Assembly: GCA_964648765.1 (NCBI GenBank)
Contig: CAZYLF010000001.1
Span: forward strand, 12,155 to 76,154
Source: an uncultured Candidatus Saccharibacteria bacterium
Lineage (GTDB): Bacteria; Patescibacteriota; Minisyncoccia; Phycocordibacterales; JACOZG01
DNA: 64,000 nt
Direction of reading: 5' to 3'
This document shows, piece by piece, positions 35,083 through 43,184 of this stretch (its first letter is position 1; each line of letters opens with the position of its first letter). Below the pieces are notes generated by a model. The model was not told the DNA's origin, made no database searches, and saw nothing but the letters and a program-made list of their open reading frames with translations. Made by a program: the position numbers and the translations under genes.

Positions 35083-35541
35083 GTTAAATGCAAAAATCCC
35101 AAAGGCCACCGCCACGTTGAGTGACTCTTTGCGACCACTCATTGGTATCTCGGCAATCACATCAACTTTGTTTAAAATACTTTTTTCTATCCCCCCTACT
35201 TCGTTACCCACAATTATAGCCGCCTTACTTTTTAATTTTATTTTTTTGTAATTAACCGACTTTGGATCTTGCTCAAGAGCGACTAACTCGTAATTTAGAC
35301 CTTTCAATTTATTAAACAAAACTGAAACACTTGGTATTGCCTCCCACTTCACAAACCCCTCTGCCCCAAGTGAGGCTTTGGTGAGCTTTTTATTGGCCCT
35401 ACCAAAACGATCTAGTGGTGAGGGTGTGTAGCCAGTGAGGTAAATTTTGCTCACCCCGGCCGCTTCTGCGGTACGGAAAATGCTACCCACGTTCTCCGTG
35501 CTGCGTACATTATGAATTATTACCACTATGTCCTTTTTCAT
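35068..35541 (-). CDS. SpoU/TrmH-family RNA 2'-O-methyltransferase
   Basis: SPOUT motifs HNVRSTENVGSIFRTAEA, IIVGNEVGGI, and IPMSG..ESLNV. Confidence 0.75.
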   Translation of the reverse strand: MKKDIVVIIHNVRSTENVGSIFRTAEAAGVSKIYLTGYTPSPLDRFGRANKKLTKASLGAEGFVKWEAIPSVSVLFNKLKGLNYELVALEQDPKSVNYKKIKLKSKAAIIVGNEVGGIEKSILNKVDVIAEIPMSGRKESLNVAVAFGIFAFNLLEH

Positions 35542-35568
35542 TTAGTTGATTCACGCTACAATAGCCTA

Positions 35569-35898
35569 ATGTTTAATCTTTTTCCAGATCTTTTGAATTA
35601 TAGTTTTTTTGCTCCCTTAATTTTGCGCTTGGGGCTTGGGGTATTATTAATAATTAGTGGACTTAAAAATTATAATGGTTTAACTACCGACAAACTTAAT
35701 CAGACCTTAAATCTCATCTCACTGGTGGCTGGATTTTTAATTTTTCTTGGTGCTTACACCCAAATCACGGCAATTGTTTTGGTTATCGCAACTTTATTTA
35801 GTAAAACCAGTTGGCAGAACAAAATACTCATTACCGCCATAGCCCTCTCCCTCATCCTCTCCGGCGCCGGCGCCTTCGCTCTCGACTGGCCACTTTAA
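35569..35898 (+). CDS. DoxX-family membrane protein
   Basis: Small, three to four TM helices with LRLGLGVLLI pattern; start at the internal ATG. Confidence 0.45.
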   Translation: MFNLFPDLLNYSFFAPLILRLGLGVLLIISGLKNYNGLTTDKLNQTLNLISLVAGFLIFLGAYTQITAIVLVIATLFSKTSWQNKILITAIALSLILSGAGAFALDWPL

Positions 35899-35904
35899 AA
35901 TTTT

Positions 35905-35957
35905 AGACAAAAAATAATAGGCGTTGCATCTTAACGACGCAACGCCTATTTTTTTGA
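35905..35957. terminator. bidirectional rho-independent terminator
   Basis: 9-bp perfect stem aggcgttgc/gcaacgcct with T-runs on both strands. Confidence 0.6.
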
Positions 35958-35978
35958 GCCACCGAAGCAGTCTAGTTA

Positions 35979-36149
35979 TTAATCAATCAGCTTGGTGGGG
36001 AAAAAATTACCCGCCCGCTCGAGACTGACTGCCCCCTCTTCAACCTGGTTGAAAAGCACCTCAAACAACTCCATGACTCCGAGGTTGTAGTCCATCTCGC
36101 CCTGATCGGGCACAATCACTTCAGCTGCTTCATTCACTAACTTTTTCAT
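35979..36149 (-). CDS. small acidic protein, 56 aa (second gene of GC-rich two-peptide cassette)
   Basis: ATG start with stop TAA; translation MKKLVNEAAEVIVPDQGEMDYNLGVMELFEVLFNQVEEGAVSLERAGNFFPTKLID. GC-rich. Not in the supplied ORF track because it is below the length cutoff. Confidence 0.4.
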   Translation of the reverse strand: MKKLVNEAAEVIVPDQGEMDYNLGVMELFEVLFNQVEEGAVSLERAGNFFPTKLID

Positions 36150-36176
36150 GACCTGTCCCTTTTTTCAAAGTTCTGT

Positions 36177-36347
36177 TTATCCCGAGCGCACGCTCGAGAA
36201 TTTTTTTGCCATGTCCTCGTGGATCGTGGTCCAAATGTCCTTACTTCCCGCCTCCTCCCCTTCCCTTCTGCAGAGAAGAGCAGTAGAACCATACATAGAC
36301 AAGGTCACAACGACCACCAGCAACACAACCTTCAATTTCTCTTTCAT
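36177..36347 (-). CDS. small secreted/membrane peptide precursor, 56 aa from internal ATG (first gene of GC-rich cassette)
   Basis: MKEKLKVVLLVVVVTLSMYGSTALLC signal-like N-terminus, then a charged 30-aa tail. The tracked ORF starts at TTG 36374; the ATG at 36347 has an AAGGGTG SD-like sequence upstream. Confidence 0.4.
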   Translation of the reverse strand: MKEKLKVVLLVVVVTLSMYGSTALLCRREGEEAGSKDIWTTIHEDMAKKFSSVRSG

Positions 36348-36387
36348 TACTGATTCACCCTTTCGTATCTTCAAAAGCGCACCTGAG

Positions 36388-36420
36388 AATCACCACCACG
36401 CCTTACATTACTATTTCCAT
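36388..36420 (-). promoter_or_regulatory. strong sigma70-type promoter (TTGACA, 18 nt, TACAAT) driving the two-peptide cassette
   Basis: Reverse complement of approximately 36385-36425 reads tacTTGACAaattgggctattttatgcTACAATggaaatag. Coordinates approximate. Confidence 0.5.
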
Positions 36421-36492
36421 TGTAGCATAAAATAGCCCAATTTGTCAAGTACTCCTGGCTTTTAGCCATACATTGTGGTAAAAATAAGCATT

Positions 36493-36565
36493 CCGCCCGT
36501 AGCTCAGTCGGTAGAGCAGCTGCCTTTTAAGCAGACGGTCGTAGGTTCGATTCCTACCGGGCGGA
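36493..36565 (+). tRNA. tRNA-Lys (anticodon TTT)
   Basis: Acceptor ccgcccg/cgggcgg, D-arm gctc-agtcggta-gagc, anticodon loop cTTTTaa, T-arm gtagg-ttcgatt-cctac, discriminator A. Confidence 0.8.
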
Positions 36566-36618
36566 CACTGTTTAACAAAAAAAAGGACGCATAGCATGTG
36601 CTACGCGCCCTGTGTGAC

Positions 36619-36864
36619 CTAACTTGCTTCCGGTTTCTTATCAGGATAAAGTGGCCTGACTTCTGCCCTCGAACGCCCGTTGGGTTTACACTTCGGGCAA
36701 CTCTCCTCAAAAACTAAAACGGCCCCTACCGCCCCTTTCTTAAAATGGTCCTCCAAAGTCTCTTCCACTTTTACTGTGGTAAATTTTCTGAAGGTTTTTT
36801 CCCCCACCCTATAGTGCTTACCGCACGCGAGACACCGAAACTCCAACTTCAAAGGTACTTTCAT
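36619..36864 (-). CDS. zinc-ribbon protein, 81 aa (CxxC...CxxC)
   Basis: CLAC...CPKC. GC-rich. Putative TTGACA promoter upstream (weak -10 TAGCCT), SD AAAGGGGGG, and a hairpin terminator downstream before tRNA-Lys. Confidence 0.5.
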   Translation of the reverse strand: MKVPLKLEFRCLACGKHYRVGEKTFRKFTTVKVEETLEDHFKKGAVGAVLVFEESCPKCKPNGRSRAEVRPLYPDKKPEAS

Positions 36865-36916
36865 TTTCCCCCCTTTCTGCTCTGGAGGCTAGCACACCTA
36901 ACAAATAATGTCAATT

Positions 36917-37567
36917 TTAGGCCACCCTTCTTTTCTCCATCATTTTGGCGTTCCCATCTGAAATTAATTTTCGAGAAAGTGATTTCCCGATTATTTCTGC
37001 ATGAACTTTGGTCTGTTGAGCATTTTTAAGATCACCAAGCAAAATAACTATGTCACCGTTTGTTTTTACCTTTTCTGGATTAGTAGTCACATCTATTCTT
37101 AAAACACTTCCTTTAAACTCAAAAAAGGCGTCCGTGCCGTAGAGTGTGTCTAGGGGTGTATCTGCTGAGGTAAAAAATTTAAGTTCATGTAAATCCTCCA
37201 TATCAATATTTAAAGCTTCCGCAACCTCGGCATATAAATCGCCAGCGAAAACATTATGCTTTTCACCATTTTCATCCATGCTTAGAGGCTCGAGGGGATT
37301 CCAATGTTTAGGTTGATTATTTTTTGCCCAATCGAGTAGTATATTTATTTTATCCTCCCTTCTCATCCTACCCCATTTATCCGCATCTTCTTTAGGCAAA
37401 TGTTTCTCCACCCAATCACGGACTATCATTTGGGCTGAATCGTTATCGTCCTTATCCTGTGCACTCAAATAACCGCCACTATTCCAGTCACACTCAATAG
37501 TAGACACAGCTTCAAACTCCTTTGTTTTGCCATCATCTCCTGAATATGTTTCCCATGAATTTTTCAT
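36917..37567 (-). CDS. hypothetical acidic protein, 216 aa
   Basis: Uninterrupted ORF; no motif recognised. Confidence 0.4.
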   Translation of the reverse strand: MKNSWETYSGDDGKTKEFEAVSTIECDWNSGGYLSAQDKDDNDSAQMIVRDWVEKHLPKEDADKWGRMRREDKINILLDWAKNNQPKHWNPLEPLSMDENGEKHNVFAGDLYAEVAEALNIDMEDLHELKFFTSADTPLDTLYGTDAFFEFKGSVLRIDVTTNPEKVKTNGDIVILLGDLKNAQQTKVHAEIIGKSLSRKLISDGNAKMMEKRRVA

Positions 37568-37588
37568 AATTGTTCCATTATAACCATA

Positions 37589-38305
37589 TCAGTATTCCAA
37601 TACCAACCTCTCGAGCGCGGTAGCAAAATCTTGTTTGCCTTTACGGGCATCGGTGTAAATGTGGAGTAAGCGCGAGGAGAGTTTACTCAACTCGTCATGA
37701 GTAAAATTTTTAACATACCCCCTAGCCTTGCTTAGAGGGTATGGCTTCATAGACGCCACGGACCTATCCCCCATCGCCTTAACTAAAAGCAAATTTTTTA
37801 CCTGCCAAACAAACTTCCAAAAAATTTCTTCGGCTTCTAACCCCTCCTCCAAACCTTGAGTTAACAAAATCCAAACTTGCTTACGATTACGCGCAGCGAG
37901 CGCGTCGGTAATTGAATAAATATTAAATCCCTCATATTGATTTACGATCTTTTGTTTTAATTCAAAATTTTCAACTTTCGACTCAACCTTCTCTAACTTT
38001 TTTAAGAGATCTTTTGAAATTTCCGTTTCTAAAAGCAAAAAGTTATTTGGGGAATTTACTAAATCTTCTGCTCTCTTTGCAACAAATTCTTCCGCTTCAA
38101 CGTTTGTAAGCAAGTGATCACAAATAATTGCCAGTTTATTACCAAAAATATTCTGGCCATTAATTAATTCCTCAAACTTTTCTTCACTCCAACTTTCACT
38201 GTGAAAGGTAAAAATTTCACTGTCTTTCTCTTTCGCCCCTTCCACTAACTTCCGCCACTTGGCGCGCGCCTTATCTTTATCTGTGCCATAAATTATTGTG
38301 ATCAT
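37589..38305 (-). CDS. putative DNA polymerase III delta subunit (HolA-like)
   Basis: N-terminus MITIIYGTDKDKA resembles the HolA LYLLYGEE motif. Length and helical composition fit HolA. Sits beside xth and udg. Start chosen at the internal ATG. Confidence 0.45.
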   Translation of the reverse strand: MITIIYGTDKDKARAKWRKLVEGAKEKDSEIFTFHSESWSEEKFEELINGQNIFGNKLAIICDHLLTNVEAEEFVAKRAEDLVNSPNNFLLLETEISKDLLKKLEKVESKVENFELKQKIVNQYEGFNIYSITDALAARNRKQVWILLTQGLEEGLEAEEIFWKFVWQVKNLLLVKAMGDRSVASMKPYPLSKARGYVKNFTHDELSKLSSRLLHIYTDARKGKQDFATALERLVLEY

Positions 38306-39072
38306 CTTATCTCTAAACTTACAGGGCAATGATCCGAACCATAAATATCTTTTAAAATTTCTGCACTTTTTACCTTTTTCTCTAAATCTTTAGAAACAAA
38401 AAAATAATCAATTCTCCAGCCCACGTTACGATCGCGAGCGTTCGACTTCTGATCCCACCAACTATAATTCTCACCTTTTTTATTAAACATTCTGAAAGTG
38501 TCAACAAAGCCGAGCTTAATGATTTCATCCATCCAGGCTCGTTCTCCGGGCAAGAATCCCGACACGTCTTGGTTCTCCTTCGGTCGCGCCAAATCAATTT
38601 CTGTGTGAGCGGTGTTTACATCACCACAAAAAATTACTGATTTTTTCTTCTTCAGCAAATCTCCTAAATAACTTTTGAACTGCTCATAAAACTTCATTTT
38701 ATAATCCAAGCGCTCTTGGCGGGCCTTGCCGTTAGGAAAGTAGATATTAAAAAATTCAAAATCGGGGAAGCTGAGCTGGATCAATCTCCCCTCTTTGGTC
38801 AGGAGATCATATTTGCCAAAATCTTTAGTAACTTTTTCCGGCTTAATTTTAGAATAAATTACAACACCGCTGTAGCCTTTTCTCTCAGTTGAATAATCCC
38901 AAAATGATTCGTAACCTTTCGGCCTTGTTAGCGCGTCAGATAATTTGGTATCAGCCGAAACCTTGGTTTCTTGCAGGCCGACAATATCGTATTCAACACC
39001 CTCAAGAATCTTGAGCGCATCTTTACGCTCCACCGCCCGCAAACCGTTAACATTCCAAGATAGTAATTTCAT
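38302..39072 (-). CDS. xth: exodeoxyribonuclease III (AP endonuclease, EEP family)
   Basis: MKLLSWNVNGLRA, GDVNTAH, and C-terminal GSDHCPV motifs. Confidence 0.85.
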   Translation of the reverse strand: MKLLSWNVNGLRAVERKDALKILEGVEYDIVGLQETKVSADTKLSDALTRPKGYESFWDYSTERKGYSGVVIYSKIKPEKVTKDFGKYDLLTKEGRLIQLSFPDFEFFNIYFPNGKARQERLDYKMKFYEQFKSYLGDLLKKKKSVIFCGDVNTAHTEIDLARPKENQDVSGFLPGERAWMDEIIKLGFVDTFRMFNKKGENYSWWDQKSNARDRNVGWRIDYFFVSKDLEKKVKSAEILKDIYGSDHCPVSLEIR

Positions 39073-39653
39073 AAAATATTTTTAAAATCTTTTTTCAATT
39101 CAGGAATTTTGCCAGCATTATAAACTCCCACGGCTGGATGATAAAGCGACACGAACTTCACCTTACCATATGGCATTTCGGCTTCAAACTTTTTACCATG
39201 CAATTTACTAATCGGTTCAAACAAGTGCATCAAATTAAATTTCTCCATCAAATATTTCATCGAGTGCCTCCCAAGCGAGGCCACGGTTTTAGGTTTTATT
39301 ATTTCTAACTGTCGATCAAGGAAAGGGCCATAAAGTCTAATTTCTTCTGGTGTTGGGTCGCGATTCTCTGGCGGTCGATCCTTCACAATATTGGTTATGT
39401 AAACTTTATCTCGCGCGAGTCCCGCTGAAGCTAGAAGTTGATCGAGTACGCGTCCAGATGATCCACAAAATGGTCGGCCAGTTTTAGCCTCATTTTGCCC
39501 TGGTGCCTCACCCACCAACATTATTTCCGCCGAGTGACTCCCCTCGCCAATAACGGGAAAGAAATTATTTTCAGTGCGATAAGAATAAAGTGGAGAAGAA
39601 ACTAAATTTAAAACTTCGTTTTTTATTTGTTTGAGTTGTTCAGTTCTCGGCAT
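39069..39653 (-). CDS. uracil-DNA glycosylase, family 4
   Basis: Motif A GEAPGQNE and Fe-S/catalytic region around GRPFCGSSGRVLD; ends with HP..GVY. Confidence 0.8.
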   Translation of the reverse strand: MPRTEQLKQIKNEVLNLVSSPLYSYRTENNFFPVIGEGSHSAEIMLVGEAPGQNEAKTGRPFCGSSGRVLDQLLASAGLARDKVYITNIVKDRPPENRDPTPEEIRLYGPFLDRQLEIIKPKTVASLGRHSMKYLMEKFNLMHLFEPISKLHGKKFEAEMPYGKVKFVSLYHPAVGVYNAGKIPELKKDFKNIL

Positions 39654-40086
39654 GGTCGCCAGCTCGAGCCTTCAATTTATTCTCGATCATCCAAAGTACT
39701 ACAAGCACAAACAGAGTAAGAATGAGTGCAATAATCGAAAGGAAGTAAAGTCCAAAGCCGGCGGCGATTCCGAGACCCGCTGACACCCAAAGTCCTGCGG
39801 CCGTGGTTAAACCACTTAACTTTGATTCTTTAAAAATAATTAAACCTGCACCCAAGAAGCCGATGCCCACCACCACTTGCGAAGCCATACGGATTGGATC
39901 AATACCATAACCACCGGCGGTTTGAGCAACCACCTCACCAATAATTACAAACAAAGCTGAGCCTAAACTCACCAAGGCAAAGGTGCGTAATCCGGCCACC
40001 TTGTGGGCCAAAGTGCGCTCGAGACCCAAGAAACCGCCTAATAATAAGGCGAGCACTAAACGTAAAATGATTTCCCAGTATTCCAT
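39640..40086 (-). CDS. MgtC/SapB-family membrane protein
   Basis: ILRLVLALLLGGFLGLER signature of the MgtC family; four to five TM helices. Confidence 0.7.
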   Translation of the reverse strand: MEYWEIILRLVLALLLGGFLGLERTLAHKVAGLRTFALVSLGSALFVIIGEVVAQTAGGYGIDPIRMASQVVVGIGFLGAGLIIFKESKLSGLTTAAGLWVSAGLGIAAGFGLYFLSIIALILTLFVLVVLWMIENKLKARAGDHAEN

Positions 40087-40088
40087 AA

Positions 40089-40541
40089 TTACTTCATTAT
40101 ATCAGCACAAGCCACAAGTTCAATTAAAGGCTCGAGGCCTGAAAAGACTTTAAGCGAAAGCGGGGCTTGATCTAGTAAGGTGCTTGGCAACATCTCTAGC
40201 GTGGTTTCAGACCGTTCATTTACTATTTTATTTACAGGCCAAAGCGGAGTTGTAAATTCATCTTTACACTCACCCGTGTGGAGTGCCGCGAGCTCTGGAG
40301 TATCCTTTTCTCCACCAGAAAGTTTAATGGAAATTAAAGTGAAATCATCTGGTTTAGTTTGTGTAATCTCCACCTCGCCCTTCCGGCCTGAATCATTTAC
40401 TTCATTAATTTTAAAATTAAATTTACTTACCTCATTTTTGTCTTCAAATTTTACTTCCGTTTGGACATCGTTTGGTTTAATAAATTGCCACGCTAAAAAA
40501 ACTACTAACCCAAGAACAATAATAAAAAATAATTTTTTCAT
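40089..40541 (-). CDS. hypothetical secreted/anchored protein, 150 aa
   Basis: Signal/TM N-terminus MKKLFFIIVLGLVVFLAW. Confidence 0.4.
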   Translation of the reverse strand: MKKLFFIIVLGLVVFLAWQFIKPNDVQTEVKFEDKNEVSKFNFKINEVNDSGRKGEVEITQTKPDDFTLISIKLSGGEKDTPELAALHTGECKDEFTTPLWPVNKIVNERSETTLEMLPSTLLDQAPLSLKVFSGLEPLIELVACADIMK

Positions 40542-40545
40542 AATT

Positions 40546-41352
40546 TTAATTAAATAATGTGGATTGAGGGTTAGGATTTTTACGTTTAGCTACTTCATGA
40601 TTTCTGAAGGCCATGCCAGCATGCTCTCGATAAAGACAATAATCGCAAGCAGTATCAGCCGGTGGAATATCTTGGCCGACCAAACACTCTTTTAACTTTA
40701 ACAAAGTTGGCTCTACCCAAGAAGGGTCGCCATCGTATGGAATTAACTTAACCTCAAACTCTAACTTAGCATCAAAAGCTTCGGCATCACGCTTACCATT
40801 TACATACACAAAGTAACCGGTGGGAGAAACCTTGAATCCATTCTGTCGGAATAGCCACTGATAAATCTCCATCTGATTTTTATAACCCTTTTGCCACTCG
40901 GCATCCAAACTCACCTCCTCATCTTTACTCGTGGCTTTATAATCCACCACGATTAAATCACCGTTTTCTAATTGCCACACATCATCCACGGCGCCGGTGA
41001 TTAATAAATTAGTTGGCGAGTGTAAATGTTCCACGCCCACAAAATTCTCTCGCCACTTGTCTAAATCTTTGTGTTTAAATGGGATGGCCTTAACTCCATA
41101 ACTTTTCATCAGTGGATGCGCCTCGCCCAGCCGCCGATGTGAGTCAAACTCTTTTTTAAGCAAATGATCAACTGCCGCGTTTAAGGAGAAAGGGAAACCT
41201 GGCGGTTGGTCAACACCCAAACGACGGTCTAGGTAAAAACAGCGCGGGCAACGCAAATAATTCTCAATTTTTGAGCGACTTAGGCGGTATGGTTTTTTAT
41301 CCTCCGGATCAAAAATATTTCTTGACCTTTGCCCTCGATAATACTGTGACAT
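40546..41352 (-). CDS. PD-(D/E)xK-superfamily nuclease with Cys cluster (Cas4/RecB-nuclease-like fold); standalone
   Basis: D...VVDYKATSK (D-x(n)-(D/E)xK arrangement) plus CPRC...C..C cysteines near both termini suggesting an Fe-S or Zn site. Confidence 0.45.
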   Translation of the reverse strand: MSQYYRGQRSRNIFDPEDKKPYRLSRSKIENYLRCPRCFYLDRRLGVDQPPGFPFSLNAAVDHLLKKEFDSHRRLGEAHPLMKSYGVKAIPFKHKDLDKWRENFVGVEHLHSPTNLLITGAVDDVWQLENGDLIVVDYKATSKDEEVSLDAEWQKGYKNQMEIYQWLFRQNGFKVSPTGYFVYVNGKRDAEAFDAKLEFEVKLIPYDGDPSWVEPTLLKLKECLVGQDIPPADTACDYCLYREHAGMAFRNHEVAKRKNPNPQSTLFN

Positions 41353-41420
41353 GCGGAGATTGTAGCATAAGTGCTACACTGGTTAAGGATAGAACTTTGT
41401 TTAAACGAAAGGAGGTAATC

Positions 41421-42293
41421 ATGGTAAAGTCTGACGAATTCGGGCCAATCCCAGGATATGATTGGCAAAAGGTAACTGTGGTTGCCTTTGTGCACGTTGT
41501 GGCATTTTTCGGAATACTTTGTTGGTGTTTAGGTGTTGAAAGTGTGACTGGCACCTGGCGGAGCGGCGTACTTGCGGTGGTGTGGTTTGTTCTCACCTCC
41601 ACCGCCATCACGGCGGGTTATCATCGCTACTTCTCTCATCGCTCACATAAAGCGAGGGGGGTTTTGGAATGGTATTACCTGCTATTTGGCGCAGGAGCCT
41701 TTCAAGGTTCAGCTATTAGTTGGCCGGCACTCCACCGTGCCCACCACACATATGTGGATAAAGGTGGTGATCCGTACAACGCCAAACGAGGATTCCTTTG
41801 GGCGCATTTGGGTTGGGTACTACGAAAAACTTACCCAGATGAAAAAATGGTTAAGGATTTACTCAAGAACCCACGCGTGGCCTGGCAAAACAAGTGGGAT
41901 CTGCCACTTGAAGTAACAATGACGTTTATTGTGCCGATGATTATTGGCGGCCTCTTGTTTGGCGAATGGTTAGGGAGCTTGATGACCGCTGGATTTATCA
42001 AACTTTTAATCCAGTGGCACATGACCTTCAGCGTAAACTCGATCGCTCACTTTTTTGGCGATCAAGAATACAACACCGAGAACACCTCGCGTTCAAGTTT
42101 TATTGTTTCTCTCCTCACTTGGGGCGAGGGCAATAGTCACAATCGACACCACGATCTGCCGCACGATTACCGTACCGGTATTGAGTGGTGGGCCTTTGAT
42201 CCGGCGAAGTGGTTTATTTGGACTTGTTCAAAAATTGGACTAGCTTCTAATTTGCGAATTTCGCGTGTGTTACCAAACAAAAAAGCCGCGTAA
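41421..42293 (+). CDS. acyl-CoA (delta-9) fatty acid desaturase
   Basis: Three histidine boxes HRYFSH, HRAHH, HNRHH; four TM helices; strong SD AAGGAGG before the ATG at 41421 (the tracked ORF is 5'-extended). Confidence 0.8.
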   Translation: MVKSDEFGPIPGYDWQKVTVVAFVHVVAFFGILCWCLGVESVTGTWRSGVLAVVWFVLTSTAITAGYHRYFSHRSHKARGVLEWYYLLFGAGAFQGSAISWPALHRAHHTYVDKGGDPYNAKRGFLWAHLGWVLRKTYPDEKMVKDLLKNPRVAWQNKWDLPLEVTMTFIVPMIIGGLLFGEWLGSLMTAGFIKLLIQWHMTFSVNSIAHFFGDQEYNTENTSRSSFIVSLLTWGEGNSHNRHHDLPHDYRTGIEWWAFDPAKWFIWTCSKIGLASNLRISRVLPNKKAA

Positions 42294-42340
42294 AAACAAA
42301 ACAGGGGCGAATGCACAAGTGCATCCGCCCCCTTTTTTTT
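42294..42340. terminator. bidirectional rho-independent terminator between the desaturase and the island gene
   Basis: Hairpin ggggcgaatgcacaagtgcatccgcccc with CTTTTTTTT on plus and TGTTTTGTTTTT on minus. Confidence 0.6.
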
Positions 42341-42986
42341 ACTCGCCTCTCTGGTGGGCTTTCCCCACGTCCAGTCCCGAACGAAGCTTCCTCTTTTTCT
42401 TTGTGGCCTCCTGCACCAACGATCGCGGATCTGCGCAGTGCACCCACGTGCCACCATCCCGAGACTGCGCGTCAGGCTTGTAGCGTTCCCACTTCAGGCC
42501 ACCCATCTCGGAGAGCAGCATTGAGCCGTCACTCGTCTCCAGAGCGGTGAGGTGGATGTCGTAGCCAGCCTTCTCAGCGAGCTGCCATAACGTCACTCCC
42601 TCAACAGGTGTGAGGGGTGAGAAGTCCAACCCCTCATCCAGCCCTTCCATCACGAGCGACACCCGAAAGGTGCCGAAGGCGCGCTTGGCATACTCACCAA
42701 CAAATGCCCAGCGCTCCGCACGGAGCTTGCCGTCACCCGAAGGTTCCCCCTCAATGAAGACGACGGTCTTCCCGACCATGTCTTCGTTCACATCCGCTGC
42801 CCCATGGGCAGAAATGTGAATTTTGGGCAGGGCGTACTTCCGATCTGGCATTACCCGACCGTAGGTCTTCTTGTGAAGACCGAAAATGAGCTGCGTCTCA
42901 GCCTCGTAGGCAAAGACAAGTCCACGGTCCGCCAAAACCTTGGTGATTGTTGCCACACGCACTCGGCCGTTCTTCTTGCCCAACAT
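42339..42986 (-). CDS. hypothetical protein family A, copy 1 (215 aa; beta-rich N-terminal region, Lys/Arg-rich C-terminal tail), GC-rich island
   Basis: Start at internal ATG with GGGAGA SD. It shares VxV.T..T..A.GL and GKT.V(V/F)I segments with the 201-aa neighbour. GC is about 60 %. Confidence 0.55.
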   Translation of the reverse strand: MLGKKNGRVRVATITKVLADRGLVFAYEAETQLIFGLHKKTYGRVMPDRKYALPKIHISAHGAADVNEDMVGKTVVFIEGEPSGDGKLRAERWAFVGEYAKRAFGTFRVSLVMEGLDEGLDFSPLTPVEGVTLWQLAEKAGYDIHLTALETSDGSMLLSEMGGLKWERYKPDAQSRDGGTWVHCADPRSLVQEATKKKRKLRSGLDVGKAHQRGE

Positions 42987-43057
42987 AATAGTTCTCCCAT
43001 ATCTCAATGTTCACTTTAGGGGGGGCGACAATCGCCTACTCCATTTGTTTGTTTCCG

Positions 43058-43093
43058 ACTTACATCCTACACTATTTTAAACTAAAAGTCAAG
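43058..43093 (-). promoter_or_regulatory. repeated promoter module, copy 1 (TTGACT, 17 nt, TAGGAT)
   Basis: 36-nt sequence acttacatcctacactattttaaactaaaagtcaag is identical to 43848-43883. Reverse complement is cTTGACTtttagtttaaaatagtgTAGGATgtaagt. Confidence 0.5.
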
Positions 43094-43100
43094 TACTAAT

Positions 43101-43145
43101 TAAACAAAAAAATGGGTCGGTCAATGTTTTCACATCAACCGGCCC
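43101..43145 (-). terminator. hairpin terminator after the 201-aa gene (ggYcggt...aaccggcc family)
   Basis: Imperfect 13-bp stem ggtcggtcaatgt/acatcaaccggcc, followed on the minus strand by a T-run. Confidence 0.5.
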
Positions 43146-43184
43146 GGCATTTGGCCCCCGCCATTTGCCTACCCCCTTTGAGAA

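Noticed and set aside
36148-36435. Plus-strand ORF 36148-36435 (95 aa) across the small-peptide cassette.
   Set aside because: Antisense to the two promoter-driven minus-strand small ORFs and lacks any SD; it is the GC-rich shadow frame.
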